A stretch of DNA of 45,699 nucleotides from Candidatus Zipacnadia bacterium (lineage in GTDB: Bacteria > Armatimonadota > Zipacnadia > Zipacnadales > UBA5352): contig JALGUI010000001.1 of NCBI GenBank assembly GCA_029820915.1, positions 1 to 45,699 of the forward strand. Direction: 5' to 3'. The position numbers and the translations under genes are program-made. A model generated the notes under the pieces. It ran no database searches, had not been told where the DNA came from, and saw only the letters and a list, made by a program, of their open reading frames with translations. This document shows positions 18,452-28,301 of the stretch, in pieces (the stretch's first letter is position 1; the number at the start of each line of letters is the position of its first letter).

Positions 18452-18823
18452 TCAGAACTCCAGCCCGGCCTCGCGCGCCGCGTCGGCAAGCGCCTTGACC
18501 CGCCCGTGATACTTGCGGCCGCCACAGTCGAAGCACACGCTCTCAATGTCCTCGGCCAGTGCGCGCTGGGCCACAACCCGGCCCACGACCGCCGCGGCCG
18601 CGGCGTTCGCCGTGGACCCGTCACACTCGTCGGCGATCTCCTGCTCGACGGTGGCCGCCGCGACCAGGGTCTGCTCGTCCCAGTCGTTGATCACCTGGGC
18701 ACAGACGTGCCTCAGGCTACAGTACACGGCCAGGCGCGGCCGCTCGGGCGTGCCCACCAACCTGCGCCGCGACCGCATGTGCCGCTTATGCCGTTGTCTC
18801 TTGCGATCGACTTCTGCCTTCAC
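18452..18823 (-). CDS. rplR: 50S ribosomal protein L18
   Basis: ...RPRLAVYCSLRHVCAQVI...YHGRVKALADAAREAGLEF. Confidence 0.95.
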   Translation of the reverse strand: MKAEVDRKRQRHKRHMRSRRRLVGTPERPRLAVYCSLRHVCAQVINDWDEQTLVAAATVEQEIADECDGSTANAAAAAVVGRVVAQRALAEDIESVCFDCGGRKYHGRVKALADAAREAGLEF

Positions 18824-18870
18824 TCATGACACCTCGAATGTCGCCGTCGCGGGTGCGCGAAGCGGCTCGA

Positions 18871-19425
18871 CTACATGTCCGCGCCGACCTTGGCGGCCTT
18901 GCCCGCCTTGCGGCGGATGTGCTCGCCCTCGTAGCGCACGCCCTTGCCCTTGTACGGCTCGGCCGGACGAGACCTCCGGATCTCGGCCGCAAGCTGGCCG
19001 ACCTTCTGCTTGTCGGCGCCGCGCACGATGACCCGCGTATTCTCCTCGACCGCTACCTCAATGCCCTCCGGCGGATCGAAGACCACCAGGTGCGAGTACC
19101 CCAGCCGCATGACAAGCCGGCGGTCCTGCGTCTCCGCGCGGTAGCCGACGCCGTGGATCTCCAGCCGCTTCTCGAACCCCTCGGTGACGCCGTGGACCAT
19201 GTTGGCCAGAAGCGACCTGGTCAGCCCGTGCAGCGACCGGTGCCGGCGCGAGTCGCTGGGCCGGAGCACGGTGATGACGTTGTCCTCGATCTCGATCTGC
19301 ATCAGTCGGCTGAGCTCTTGCGTGAGCTCGCCGTTAGGGCCGTTCACGGTCACGACGTTGTTGGCCGTCACGTCAACCGTGACGCCGCCGGGTATCTCGA
19401 TGGGCATGTTGCCTATCCTGGACAT
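18871..19425 (-). CDS. rplF: 50S ribosomal protein L6
   Basis: MSRIGNMPIEIPGGVTVDV...EPYKGKGVRYEGE. ATG at 19425. Confidence 0.95.
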   Translation of the reverse strand: MSRIGNMPIEIPGGVTVDVTANNVVTVNGPNGELTQELSRLMQIEIEDNVITVLRPSDSRRHRSLHGLTRSLLANMVHGVTEGFEKRLEIHGVGYRAETQDRRLVMRLGYSHLVVFDPPEGIEVAVEENTRVIVRGADKQKVGQLAAEIRRSRPAEPYKGKGVRYEGEHIRRKAGKAAKVGADM

Positions 19426-19451
19426 ATCGCTATCTCCCTGTCTGGCCGGGG

Positions 19452-19847
19452 CTACCACACCTGGCCGATGACCTCGCCGCCGATGCCACGCTTGCGCGCA
19501 TCGCGGTCGGTCATCACGCCTTCGCTGGTGCTGATGATGGCCACGCCCAACCCGCCCAGCACGCGCGGCAGGCCATCCCTGCCCGCGTAGACCCGGCGGC
19601 CGGGCTTGCTGATCCGCTTCAGCCCCTGGATCACCGGCTCCCGATGCGCATCGTAGCACAGCCTGATGCGCACCGTCCGGCCCCGGTTAATGAGCTGGTA
19701 GCCGCGGATGTAGCCCTCGCGATGCAGGATCTTGGCGATCTCCAGATGTATCCTCGAGACCGGCACATCCACGTCGAGATGTCGCGCCAGCGCCGCGTTC
19801 CGAACACGCGTCAACATGTCTGCGATCGGATCGGTCAAGACAGCCAT
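19452..19847 (-). CDS. rpsH: 30S ribosomal protein S8
   Basis: [18 protein letters not shown]...[21 protein letters not shown]. Confidence 0.95.
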   Translation of the reverse strand: MAVLTDPIADMLTRVRNAALARHLDVDVPVSRIHLEIAKILHREGYIRGYQLINRGRTVRIRLCYDAHREPVIQGLKRISKPGRRVYAGRDGLPRVLGGLGVAIISTSEGVMTDRDARKRGIGGEVIGQVW

Positions 19848-19949
19848 TGCTTTCCTCCCGAGGCCGCCACGGCTGCGGCCGCCGTGCACCTGGACACCTG
19901 ACTTGCGGGCCCGCCGTTCACCGGGCCTCGACGCCCGGCCATCCCCCGA

Positions 19950-20135
19950 CTACCAGCTCGACTTGCGCACCCCGGGGATGTTCCCGTGCAGCGCGTTTTC
20001 CCTGAAGCAGATGCGGCAGATGCCGAACTTGCGCATGTACGCCCGGCGCCTGCCGCACAACGCACACCGGTTGTAGTCTCGGCTCTTGAACTTGTGAGTG
20101 CGCTGCGCGTCGTTGATCCACGACTTCTTCGCCAT
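19950..20135 (-). CDS. rpsN: 30S ribosomal protein S14, short zinc-binding (type Z) form
   Basis: [61 protein letters not shown]. Confidence 0.95.
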   Translation of the reverse strand: MAKKSWINDAQRTHKFKSRDYNRCALCGRRRAYMRKFGICRICFRENALHGNIPGVRKSSW

Positions 20136-20157
20136 CTGAAGGCCTCCCAGTGTCCGC

Positions 20158-20727
20158 CTAGCTGCGCGTCAGCGGCAGCCCCAGCGCCACCAGCAGTTCG
20201 CGGGCCTCTTCGTCCGTCTCGGCGGTCGTCACGATCGCGATGTCGAGACCCTTCGACGTCTCCACGTCGTCGTAGCTCAGCTCCGGAAAGATCAGCTCGT
20301 CCGCGATGCCCAGACTGTAGTTGCCGCGCCCGTCGAAGGCATCGGCCGACAGGCCCCGGAAGTCGCGAATGCGCGGCAGCGCCACGTTGAACAGGCGGTC
20401 GATGAATTCCCACATCCGCGCCCCGCGCAGCGTCACCCGCAGCCCCATCGGCTGCCCCTCGCGGATGTTGAAGTTCGCGATCGCGCGCTTGGCCCGCGTC
20501 ACCACGGGGGCCTGCCCGGCGATGAGCGCCAGCTCCTCGCGCGCCGCGTCCAGCGCATCGATGTTCGTCGCGGCGTCGCGCACCGTCATGTTCAGCGAGA
20601 CCTTGCGCAGGCGCGGCACCTGCCACACGTTCGTGTAGCCGAAGCGTTCGGTCAGCGCCGGCGCAATCTCCTCGTCAAACCGCGCCCGCAGCCGCGGAGT
20701 GGTTGTCTGTGTTGCCTCTGCCATCAT
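20158..20727 (-). CDS. rplE: 50S ribosomal protein L5
   Basis: ...[15 protein letters not shown]...[15 protein letters not shown]...[11 protein letters not shown]. Confidence 0.95.
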   Translation of the reverse strand: MMAEATQTTTPRLRARFDEEIAPALTERFGYTNVWQVPRLRKVSLNMTVRDAATNIDALDAAREELALIAGQAPVVTRAKRAIANFNIREGQPMGLRVTLRGARMWEFIDRLFNVALPRIRDFRGLSADAFDGRGNYSLGIADELIFPELSYDDVETSKGLDIAIVTTAETDEEARELLVALGLPLTRS

Positions 20728-20769
20728 GCTCCCACCGATCCTGGCGGCCCCGCCGCCCGCCGGGTCCGC

Positions 20770-21129
20770 CTACTCGTCGATGTCCTCGCCGCACTTCCTG
20801 CACACGCGCACCTTCGTGCCGTCCTCGCGCACCCGCTTGCCCACCCGCGTGCGCTTGTCGCAGTCCGGGCAGACCAGCATCACGTTCGACGCATCGAACG
20901 GCGCCGGCGTGTCTACGATGCCGCCCTGGCGCATCTGCTGCGTCTGGCGCACCGCCTTCTTCACCACATTGATCCCGTCCACCGTCACGCGACCGCGGTA
21001 GGGGTCCACGGCAATGACCTTGCCGCGCCGCACGCGATCCGGCGTGGACCGGTCCTTGCCGGCGATCACCTCGACCGTGTCGCCGACCTTGATGCGCATC
21101 TTCGTCTTGGTTCCCGTCTCGCGACCCAT
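20770..21129 (-). CDS. rplX: 50S ribosomal protein L24 (C-terminal Cys4 form)
   Basis: MGRETGTKTKMRIKVGDTVEVIAGKD...NVMLVCPDCDKRTRVG...VCRKCGEDIDE. The ATG at 21129 lies 9 nt after GGGAG. An alternative ATG is at 21099. Confidence 0.93.
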   Translation of the reverse strand: MGRETGTKTKMRIKVGDTVEVIAGKDRSTPDRVRRGKVIAVDPYRGRVTVDGINVVKKAVRQTQQMRQGGIVDTPAPFDASNVMLVCPDCDKRTRVGKRVREDGTKVRVCRKCGEDIDE

Positions 21130-21151
21130 CTCACACAGCTCCCGGTACGCC

Positions 21152-21520
21152 TCAGATGACCTCGGGGGCCAGGGATACGATTCGCATGTACTGCTTGTCG
21201 CGCAGTTCGCGGGCCACCGGCCCGAACACCCGCGTGCACTGTGGGTTCTTGTTCTCGTCCACGATAACCGCCGCATTCTCGTCGAAGCTGATGACCGTGC
21301 CGTCCGCCCGCTGCACCCGATCGCGGCAGCGCACTACCACCGCGCGCACCACCTCACCCTTCGGGATCGGGCTCTGCGGCGTCACCGCCCTCGTCGAGCA
21401 GATGATCTCGTCGCCCAGAGACGCGTACCGCGACCTGCTCCTGCCCATCACCCGGATGCAGAACACCGCTCGAACTCCGGAGTTGTCGGCCACCCTCAGC
21501 CGGGTCGTGGTCTGAATCAT
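21152..21520 (-). CDS. rplN: 50S ribosomal protein L14
   Basis: MIQTTTRLRVADNSGVRAVFCIRV...RIVSLAPEVI. Confidence 0.96.
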   Translation of the reverse strand: MIQTTTRLRVADNSGVRAVFCIRVMGRSRSRYASLGDEIICSTRAVTPQSPIPKGEVVRAVVVRCRDRVQRADGTVISFDENAAVIVDENKNPQCTRVFGPVARELRDKQYMRIVSLAPEVI

Positions 21521-21573
21521 GGTGCTTCCCTCGCATCTGCCGCGGCTCGCGTGTACATCGCGTCCCGGCCGGC

Positions 21574-23643
21574 TTACTCGTCCGCGCTCTCCTCGCGCTG
21601 CTTCGCCTCAGCAACCACCTGGTCGGTCAGGTGCGTCGGCAGTTCCTCGTAGCGCGAGAACGACATCTCGTAGCTCGCGCGTCCCTGCGAGATCGAGCGC
21701 AGGTCGGCCGCGTAGCGCATCATCTCGCTCTGGGGCACCTGGGCCTTGATCACCTGCAGCGACCCCACCTGATCGGTCCCCAGGATCCGGCCCCGCTTGG
21801 AGTTCAGGTCGCTCATGATGTCGCCCATGATGTCCTCGGGCCCGGTCACCGTCACGTCCATGATCGGCTCGAGCAGCACCGGCTGCGCGTCGTCCATGGC
21901 ATTGCGCAACGCGATGGCCGCCGCCATCTGGAAGGCCATGTCCGACGAGTCCACCGAGTGCGAACTCCCGTCCTCCAGCGTCACCCGCACGTCCACCAGC
22001 GGGTAGCCGGCCAGGTAGCCGCGCTCCATCGCGGCGCGCAGGCCCTTCTCGACCGCCGGGATGTACTGCGTCGGGACCGAGCCGCCCCTGATCGCCTTCA
22101 CGAACTCGAACCCCGAGCCACGCTCCCCCGGTTCGAGCCGGATCCACACGTCGCCGAACTGGCCGCGGCCACCGGTCTGCTTCTTGTGCCGCCCCTGTGC
22201 GCGCACCGAGCGCCGCACCGTCTCGTGGTAGGCCACGCGCGGCTCGCTCATGCTCACGTCAACCTCGTGCTGGTGCCGCAGCTTGGCCACCGCCACGTCC
22301 AGGTGCATCGGACCGAGGCCGCTGACCAGTAGCTCGCCGGTCTCGAAGTTGCGCTCGTACTTCAGGCCCATGTCCTCAGCCGCCAGCCGCGCCAGGGCAT
22401 CGGAGAGCTTGTCGGCGTCCGCGCGCGATGCCGCCGTGACCGCCACCGCGTACATCGACTCCGGCGCCTCGGGCCGCGGGACCTGCAGCTTGCTGCCCTG
22501 CGTCCCCAGCGCGTCCCCGGTGCCCGTGTCCTCCAGGCGCACGGCCGAGCCCATGTCGCCCGCCACCAGCTCGCCCACGGTCTCCGTCTTCCCGGCCTGC
22601 GTGACCGCAAGCCCCGACAGGCGCTCCCGCTCGCCGCTGGTCGCGTTGTACACGTCACCATCCGCCTTCGCGCTGCCCGACAACACGCGCAGCAGGCTCA
22701 CGCGACCCACGTACGGGTCGGTCATCGTCTTGAAGACGATGATGGCGGGCTCGCCGGTCGGGTCCGCGGTCAATCCCACCTCGTCCTCGCCCCTCGTGGC
22801 CACGCGCGGGCCGGCGTCGGCGGGTGAGACCGCGGCGTCCACCAGGAAGTCGAGGAGCGGCCTGATGCCGATCTCGCCCGTGGCGCTGGTGCACAGTACC
22901 GGCACCAGCGTCCCGGCGGCGATGGCGGCCTTCAGCCCGCCCACCAGCTCCTCCTTGGTCAGCTCGCCCTCCTCGAGATACTTGATCGTCAGGTCGTCAT
23001 CGGCCGCGGCGACGGCGTCGATCAGCGACTCGCGCGCCTCGGCGACCGCGTCGGCCATCTCGGCCGGCACCCCCGCCTCCTCGCCCGCGCCCAGCCACGC
23101 CTTCTCCGACAGCAGGTCCACGACGCCCTCGAAGCTCGCGCCCTGCCCGATCGGGATCTGCACCGGCACGGCCTCGCACTCGGGCAGGCTCTCGTTCATG
23201 CTCGCCACGACCGTCTCGAAGTCGGCGCGCTCGTTGTCGAGCTTGTTCACCACGCCAATGACCCGCACGCCCATCTCGCGCGCGGCGTCATACATCTTGA
23301 TCGTGTGCACCTCGACTCCCGCCGCCGCATCCATCACCAGCAGCGCGTTCTCGACCGCCCACAGCCCGTAGAGCGCATCCACGTAGAACTCGGAGTACCC
23401 CGGACAATCGACCACATTGATCTTCGCGTTGCGATGCTCCGCGTGGCACAGGACCGGCGAGATGGAGATCCTCCGCTCCTGCTCCTGCTCCTCGAAGTCG
23501 GCCACGGCCGTGCCGTCGTCAACCGACCCGAGCTGCGCGATCGCCCCGGCGGCGTGCAGCATGGCCTCGTTCAGCGAGGTCTTGCCCACGCCCCGGTGTC
23601 CGACGAGGGCGACGTTACGCAGGTCCTGCGGTGCCCGACCCAA
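21574..23643 (-). CDS. Elongation factor G paralog (EF-G2-like translational GTPase) with a non-canonical G3 motif, DCPGY
   Basis: 689 aa. P-loop VALVGHRGVGKTSL, switch I QERRISI, G3 VVDCPGYSEF, G4 VNKLD, domain IV DGSSHSVDSSDMAF. TTG start at 23643 lies 8 nt after GGGAGG. It sits between rpsQ and rplN. Confidence 0.88.
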   Translation of the reverse strand: MGRAPQDLRNVALVGHRGVGKTSLNEAMLHAAGAIAQLGSVDDGTAVADFEEQEQERRISISPVLCHAEHRNAKINVVDCPGYSEFYVDALYGLWAVENALLVMDAAAGVEVHTIKMYDAAREMGVRVIGVVNKLDNERADFETVVASMNESLPECEAVPVQIPIGQGASFEGVVDLLSEKAWLGAGEEAGVPAEMADAVAEARESLIDAVAAADDDLTIKYLEEGELTKEELVGGLKAAIAAGTLVPVLCTSATGEIGIRPLLDFLVDAAVSPADAGPRVATRGEDEVGLTADPTGEPAIIVFKTMTDPYVGRVSLLRVLSGSAKADGDVYNATSGERERLSGLAVTQAGKTETVGELVAGDMGSAVRLEDTGTGDALGTQGSKLQVPRPEAPESMYAVAVTAASRADADKLSDALARLAAEDMGLKYERNFETGELLVSGLGPMHLDVAVAKLRHQHEVDVSMSEPRVAYHETVRRSVRAQGRHKKQTGGRGQFGDVWIRLEPGERGSGFEFVKAIRGGSVPTQYIPAVEKGLRAAMERGYLAGYPLVDVRVTLEDGSSHSVDSSDMAFQMAAAIALRNAMDDAQPVLLEPIMDVTVTGPEDIMGDIMSDLNSKRGRILGTDQVGSLQVIKAQVPQSEMMRYAADLRSISQGRASYEMSFSRYEELPTHLTDQVVAEAKQREESADE

Positions 23644-23674
23644 TTGCGGTTCCTCCCAGCTACGGCGTCACCGT

Positions 23675-23935
23675 CTAGCGGGCGCGACGCAGGATCTCTA
23701 CGACGCGCCACGCCTTCGTCCGGCTCAGCGGCCGGCACTCCATGATCCGCACATGGTCCCCCACCTGGCACTCGTTGCGCTCATCGTGCACCTTGTACCG
23801 GGCGTTGCGCCGCAACACCTTGCCGTACAGCGGGTGCCGCGTCGTGCGCTCCACCTGGACCACGACGGTCTTGTCCATCCTGTCGCTGACGACGGTCCCC
23901 TCGCGCGTCGGCTTGCCGCCTGTCCGCTCGCTCAT
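23675..23935 (-). CDS. rpsQ: 30S ribosomal protein S17
   Basis: ...[28 protein letters not shown]... Confidence 0.95.
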   Translation of the reverse strand: MSERTGGKPTREGTVVSDRMDKTVVVQVERTTRHPLYGKVLRRNARYKVHDERNECQVGDHVRIMECRPLSRTKAWRVVEILRRAR

Positions 23936-23956
23936 CTTCCCTGCCTCGCTTTGCCG

Positions 23957-24190
23957 TCAGCGGCCCTGGTTGATCCCCAGCTCACGCTCGCGCAGAATGG
24001 TGTTGATCCGCGCGATCGCCTTCCGGTACTTGCGGATCCGCTTCGGGTCGTCGATCTGTCCCGACGCGGTGCGGAAGCGCAGGTTCTGCAGACTCTCCTG
24101 AATCTGCGCCCGCCGCTCCTGAAGCTCGTCATCGGTGCTCTCTCTGAGCTGCTCGATGAAGTCCGTCGTGCTCCTGGCGTCGTCAGGCAT
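23957..24190 (-). CDS. rpmC: 50S ribosomal protein L29
   Basis: ...[31 protein letters not shown]... Confidence 0.9.
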   Translation of the reverse strand: MPDDARSTTDFIEQLRESTDDELQERRAQIQESLQNLRFRTASGQIDDPKRIRKYRKAIARINTILRERELGINQGR

Positions 24191-24605
24191 GGTCGAGACC
24201 CTCCCGAGTGACGAACTGCGTCTTGACGGGCAGCTTGTGCGCGGCCAGCCGCATCGCCTCGCGCGCCACCTCGGGCTCCACGCCCGCCATCTCGAACATG
24301 ATCCGACCCGGCTTGACGACCGCCACGAAGTACTCCGGCGCCCCTTTGCCCTTGCCCATCGGCATCTCCTGGCCGCGCTTGGTCACCGGCTTGTCCGGGA
24401 AGATGCGGATCCACACCTTGCCGCCGCGCTGAACGCGCCGCGTCATCGCCACGCGCGCGGCCTCGATCTGTCGCGATGTGATCCAGCCCGGTTCGAGCGC
24501 CTTCAGGCCGAAGTCCCCGAAGTCAACGTTGCAGCCACGGTACGCCTTGCCCCTCATGCGACCCCGGTGCTGCTTGCGGAACTTGCTCCTCTTAGGCATC
24601 AGCAT
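24183..24605 (-). CDS. rplP: 50S ribosomal protein L16
   Basis: [19 protein letters not shown]... The ATG at 24605 lies 8 nt after GAGGAGGA and overlaps the end of rpsC. Confidence 0.95.
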   Translation of the reverse strand: MLMPKRSKFRKQHRGRMRGKAYRGCNVDFGDFGLKALEPGWITSRQIEAARVAMTRRVQRGGKVWIRIFPDKPVTKRGQEMPMGKGKGAPEYFVAVVKPGRIMFEMAGVEPEVAREAMRLAAHKLPVKTQFVTREGLDHA

Positions 24606-25689
24606 CGCCGGCATCCTCCTCGGCGGCGTTGGCTTCGTCCTCGGTCTCGCCGGCCTCGTCAGCCTCTTCGGCCTCCGCCGGCGCCTCGGCGGGCGCCTCG
24701 GCGGCCGTCGGCTCGGCCTGCGTCTCGGTGGACGCCGAGATGGCCTCGTCCTCGGACGACTCGGTCAGCAGATCGTCCATCTCCGCGACCTCGGCGATCT
24801 CAGCGACGGCCTCTTCCGCGACCTCAACGGCCTCCTCGGCGACTTCAGCGACGGCCTCTTCCGCGACCTCAACGGCCTCCTCGGCGACCTCAGCCGCCTC
24901 CTCGGCGACCTCAGCGGCCTCCTCGGCGACTTCAGCGACGGCCTCCTCGGCGACCTCAGGGGCGACCTCAGCGACGGCCTCCTCGGCGACCTCAGCGGCC
25001 TCGACCTCGGGCTGCTCGCCTTCGGCCTCCGGGGCCGGCGCGGGCGTCCGCTTCGGCGGCGGCATGATTATGCCGTTGCACACGAACACCTGCACACCGA
25101 TGTGCCCATAGCCCGTCACAGCCTCCGAGAACCCGCGGTCCACGTCCGCGCGCAGCGTGTGCATCGGCACGCTGCCGACCGGGCCCACGCGCTCGGTCCG
25201 CGCGATCTCAGCGCCCATCAGCCGGCCGCTGACCGCCACGCGGATGCCGTCCACGCCCGCGCGCACCGCGCGATCGATCGCCTGGCCCATGGCGCGCCGG
25301 ATCGACGCGCGCCGCTCGATCTGGCCCGCGATCTCCTCGGCGATGAGCTGCGCGTTGGTCTCCGGGGTCTTCGTCTCCTCGACGTTCACCCGCACCCGAC
25401 CGCTCATGATCTGGTCGAGGTCCCTGCGCAGTCGATCGACGTCCGAGCCACCGCGCCCGATGATGATGCCCGGCTTGGCGCTCTCGATCGTGATCGTCGT
25501 GGTCCCCGCGGTACGCTCGATGAGGATGTCCGAGATGCCCGCGTGATGATGGCGCTCGAGCACGGTCTTGCGCGCCAGCAGGTCCTCGACGAGCTGATCG
25601 CGGTACGCCCGCCCCTGCGCGAACCACTTGCTGCGCGTGTCGCGGATGATCCCGAGACGCATTCCGTAGGGATGTACTTTCTGACCCAT
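24592..25689 (-). CDS. rpsC: 30S ribosomal protein S3, with a ~155-aa acidic repetitive C-terminal extension
   Basis: Core: [23 protein letters not shown]...[10 protein letters not shown]...[12 protein letters not shown]. The tail is EVAEEAV-type repeats ending ...EEDAGDADA. Confidence 0.95.
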   Translation of the reverse strand: MGQKVHPYGMRLGIIRDTRSKWFAQGRAYRDQLVEDLLARKTVLERHHHAGISDILIERTAGTTTITIESAKPGIIIGRGGSDVDRLRRDLDQIMSGRVRVNVEETKTPETNAQLIAEEIAGQIERRASIRRAMGQAIDRAVRAGVDGIRVAVSGRLMGAEIARTERVGPVGSVPMHTLRADVDRGFSEAVTGYGHIGVQVFVCNGIIMPPPKRTPAPAPEAEGEQPEVEAAEVAEEAVAEVAPEVAEEAVAEVAEEAAEVAEEAAEVAEEAVEVAEEAVAEVAEEAVEVAEEAVAEIAEVAEMDDLLTESSEDEAISASTETQAEPTAAEAPAEAPAEAEEADEAGETEDEANAAEEDAGDADA

Positions 25690-25738
25690 CCAGTGTCAGC
25701 TCCCTGACTCGCCGCCGGCCCCGGCGGCCGGCTGTGGG

Positions 25739-26089
25739 CTACTGCTCGGCGTCCTCTTCACCGTCGCTCAGCACGACGGTGACGTGGCAGGTGCGCTTCT
25801 TGATCCGGTCGGCGCGGCCACGCGCTCGCGGCCGGATGCGCGGGATGGTCAGGCCCTCGTCCACGTAGGCCTTCTCGACCCTCAGGTCCTCCGGCTCCAG
25901 GCCGAAGTTGTTCTCGGCGTTGGCGACCGCCGATTCGAGGATCTTCGACAGCTCGCGACATGCGGGGCTGACCTGCACGGCCAGGATCGCCCGCGCCTGG
26001 TCGATGTCCTCGCCGACGATCAGTTGCGCGTAGCGCCGCACCTTACGCGAGCCGCGCCGCAGGTACCTCGCCTGTGCTCTGACCTCCAT
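25739..26089 (-). CDS. rplV: 50S ribosomal protein L22
   Basis: MEVRAQARYLRRGSRKVRRYAQLI...RIRPRARGRADRIKKRTCHVTVVL. Confidence 0.95.
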   Translation of the reverse strand: MEVRAQARYLRRGSRKVRRYAQLIVGEDIDQARAILAVQVSPACRELSKILESAVANAENNFGLEPEDLRVEKAYVDEGLTIPRIRPRARGRADRIKKRTCHVTVVLSDGEEDAEQ

Positions 26090-26107
26090 CGTGTCGTCTC
26101 CTCGCTG

Positions 26108-26401
26108 CTAGCGCTGCACGCGCGTCACGCGCTCGCCGACGCGGCTCGGCCGCATGCCCCGGTAAGTCCGGGTCGGAGAGAACTCCCCGAGCTTGTGGCC
26201 GACCATGTTCTCGGTGATGTACACCGGCACGTGCTTGCGGCCATCGTACACCGCGATGGTGTGTCCGACCATCTCCGGGAAGATCGTCGAGCGGCGCGAC
26301 CACGTGCGGATAATCCGCTTCTCGTCCTGCTCGTTCATCGTGCGGACCTTCTTGAGCAGGTGCTGGTCCGCGAACGGGCCCTTCTTCAGTGACCTCGCCA
26401 T
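26108..26401 (-). CDS. rpsS: 30S ribosomal protein S19
   Basis: [19 protein letters not shown]...[27 protein letters not shown]. Confidence 0.96.
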   Translation of the reverse strand: MARSLKKGPFADQHLLKKVRTMNEQDEKRIIRTWSRRSTIFPEMVGHTIAVYDGRKHVPVYITENMVGHKLGEFSPTRTYRGMRPSRVGERVTRVQR

Positions 26402-26456
26402 TATCTGCCCTCGCTTCCTGTGCGCACAGGCTCCCGCCGGGGGCCGTGGCCCCGGC

Positions 26457-27293
26457 CTAGCGACCGTAACGTCGCCGGACGATGAACCGGCTCGACGGCT
26501 TGCTCTTCTTGCGCGTGCGCGTCCCCAGCGTCCGCCAGCCCCACGGGCTGCGCGGCGCGTCGTGGCCGATCGGCGCCTTGCCCTCCCCGCCGCCGTGCGG
26601 GTGGTCCACCGGGTTCATCGCCGACCCGCGCGTCGTCGGCCGGACGCCCTTCCAGCGCTTGCGCCCCGCCTTGCCCAGCGACACATTGTCGTGGTCCACA
26701 TTGCCCACGCGGCCCACCGTCGCCCGGCAGCGCCCGTCCACCATGCGCATCTCGCCCGAGGGCAGCCGCAGCAGGGCGTAGCCGCCCTCCAGCGCCACGA
26801 ACTGCGCCTCCGCCCCGGCGCTGCGCGCGAGTTGCGCGCCACGCTCCGGCGTCAGTTCGACGCAGTGCACCACGGTGCCGACCGGGATGTTCTCCAGCGG
26901 CAGGCAGTTGCCCGGGCGGATCGGCGCCTTGGGGCCCGACATCACCGTTGCGCCCACCGCGACGCCGTCGGGCGCGACGATGTAGCGCTTCTCGCCGTCG
27001 GCGTAGTGCAGCAGCGCAATGTGCGCCGACCGGTTCGGGTCGTACTCGATCGCCGCGACCTTGGCCGGCACGCCGTCCTTGTTGCGCTTGAAGTCGATGT
27101 CGCGCAGTCGCCGCTTGTGGCCGCCGCCCTGGTGGCGCACCGTCAGCTTGCCGCGCGCGTTGCGGCCGGCGCTCTGGTTGCGCCTGCCCGTGGTCAGGCT
27201 GCGCTCAGGCGACTTCTTGCTGACCTCGGAGCGGTCGTCCGACACGTACTGCCGCCGCCCCGGGCTCGTCGGATTGTGGTGTTTGAGGGCCAT
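26457..27293 (-). CDS. rplB: 50S ribosomal protein L2
   Basis: ...[18 protein letters not shown]...[14 protein letters not shown]... Confidence 0.96.
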   Translation of the reverse strand: MALKHHNPTSPGRRQYVSDDRSEVSKKSPERSLTTGRRNQSAGRNARGKLTVRHQGGGHKRRLRDIDFKRNKDGVPAKVAAIEYDPNRSAHIALLHYADGEKRYIVAPDGVAVGATVMSGPKAPIRPGNCLPLENIPVGTVVHCVELTPERGAQLARSAGAEAQFVALEGGYALLRLPSGEMRMVDGRCRATVGRVGNVDHDNVSLGKAGRKRWKGVRPTTRGSAMNPVDHPHGGGEGKAPIGHDAPRSPWGWRTLGTRTRKKSKPSSRFIVRRRYGR

Positions 27294-27349
27294 TGCCTGC
27301 TCTCTCCCGTGCCTCGGTGTGCTTCGGGCTCGCCCGCCCGATTCCGGTG

Positions 27350-27667
27350 CTAGCCGCCCATCTCCACCACGTCGATGGATTCGCCCGGGGCCAGCGTCAC
27401 CATGGCCTTCTTGCGCTCGGCCGTGCGGCCCATGCCGTGCCGGTAGCTGCGCCGCCGGGTCTTGCCCATCACTCGCATGGTGTTGACCTTCGTGACCGTC
27501 ACGTTGAACAGCGCCTCGACCGCGCGCCGAATCTCCACCTTGTTCGCCGACGGATCCACCTCGAAGGTGTAAACGCTTTCCTGCTCGGACTTGCGCATGC
27601 TCTTCTCGGTCACCACCGGCCGGCGGATGATCTGGCGGTAGTAGTTGAGTTGCTCGTTACTCAGCAT
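27350..27667 (-). CDS. rplW: 50S ribosomal protein L23
   Basis: ...[44 protein letters not shown]... Confidence 0.94.
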   Translation of the reverse strand: MLSNEQLNYYRQIIRRPVVTEKSMRKSEQESVYTFEVDPSANKVEIRRAVEALFNVTVTKVNTMRVMGKTRRRSYRHGMGRTAERKKAMVTLAPGESIDVVEMGG

Positions 27668-28301
27668 GCGCGCCCACTCCCTCGCTCAGCGCCGCCAAGC
27701 CCGCCTGGCTGATGATGATCGTCTCGGCCCAGATCACGTCGCGCGCGCTGATGTGCGGCGACTCGCGCATGATCAGCCGCGGGATGTTGCGCCCGCTCTT
27801 GTACAGCTTGTCATCGCGCGCCTCATCCGAGCCCAGCAGCATCAGCACGCGGCCCTCCACGCCCAGGTCCTCGAGCATAAGCGCGAACCGGCGCGTCGAG
27901 ATCTCGTCCACGATCATCTCGTCCACGATCATGATAGCGCCGTCGTGCATCTTCGCCGACAGCGCCGCCGTCAGCGCCTGACGCCTCATGCGCCGGGTCA
28001 GCTTGGGCTTGCGCCGCGGGCCGCTGGGACCGTGCGCGACGCCACCGCCCACGAAGATCGGCGCCGACTTGGCCCCGTGCCGCGCGCGGCCCGTGCCCTT
28101 CTGCCGGTACCACTTGGCCTTCGTCAGCCTGACCTCCGACCGCCGCAGCGTGCGCGCCGAGTCCTGGCACATCGCCCGCTCGGCCGCCACCACGGCCTGG
28201 TGAATCAGATCGTGATTGACCTTGGTGGCGAACAGCTCGTCGCTCAGCTCTACCTGACCGACCTTCTCTCCTTGCCGGTCGTAGAGGGCCACCTCGGGCA
28301 T
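27657..28301 (-). CDS. rplD: 50S ribosomal protein L4
   Basis: MPEVALYDRQGEKVGQVELSDELF...QKGTGRARHG... The ATG at 28301 overlaps the rplC TGA. A GTG at 28304 is also possible. Confidence 0.94.
   Translation of the reverse strand: MPEVALYDRQGEKVGQVELSDELFATKVNHDLIHQAVVAAERAMCQDSARTLRRSEVRLTKAKWYRQKGTGRARHGAKSAPIFVGGGVAHGPSGPRRKPKLTRRMRRQALTAALSAKMHDGAIMIVDEMIVDEISTRRFALMLEDLGVEGRVLMLLGSDEARDDKLYKSGRNIPRLIMRESPHISARDVIWAETIIISQAGLAALSEGVGAHAE

Noticed and set aside
24135-25707. Plus-strand ORFs with PRR/PQRPP or LGDLS repeats (24135-25067, 24478-25707, 24629-25111).
   Set aside because: They are antisense or off-frame readings of the repetitive S3 tail and the rplP/rpsC genes.
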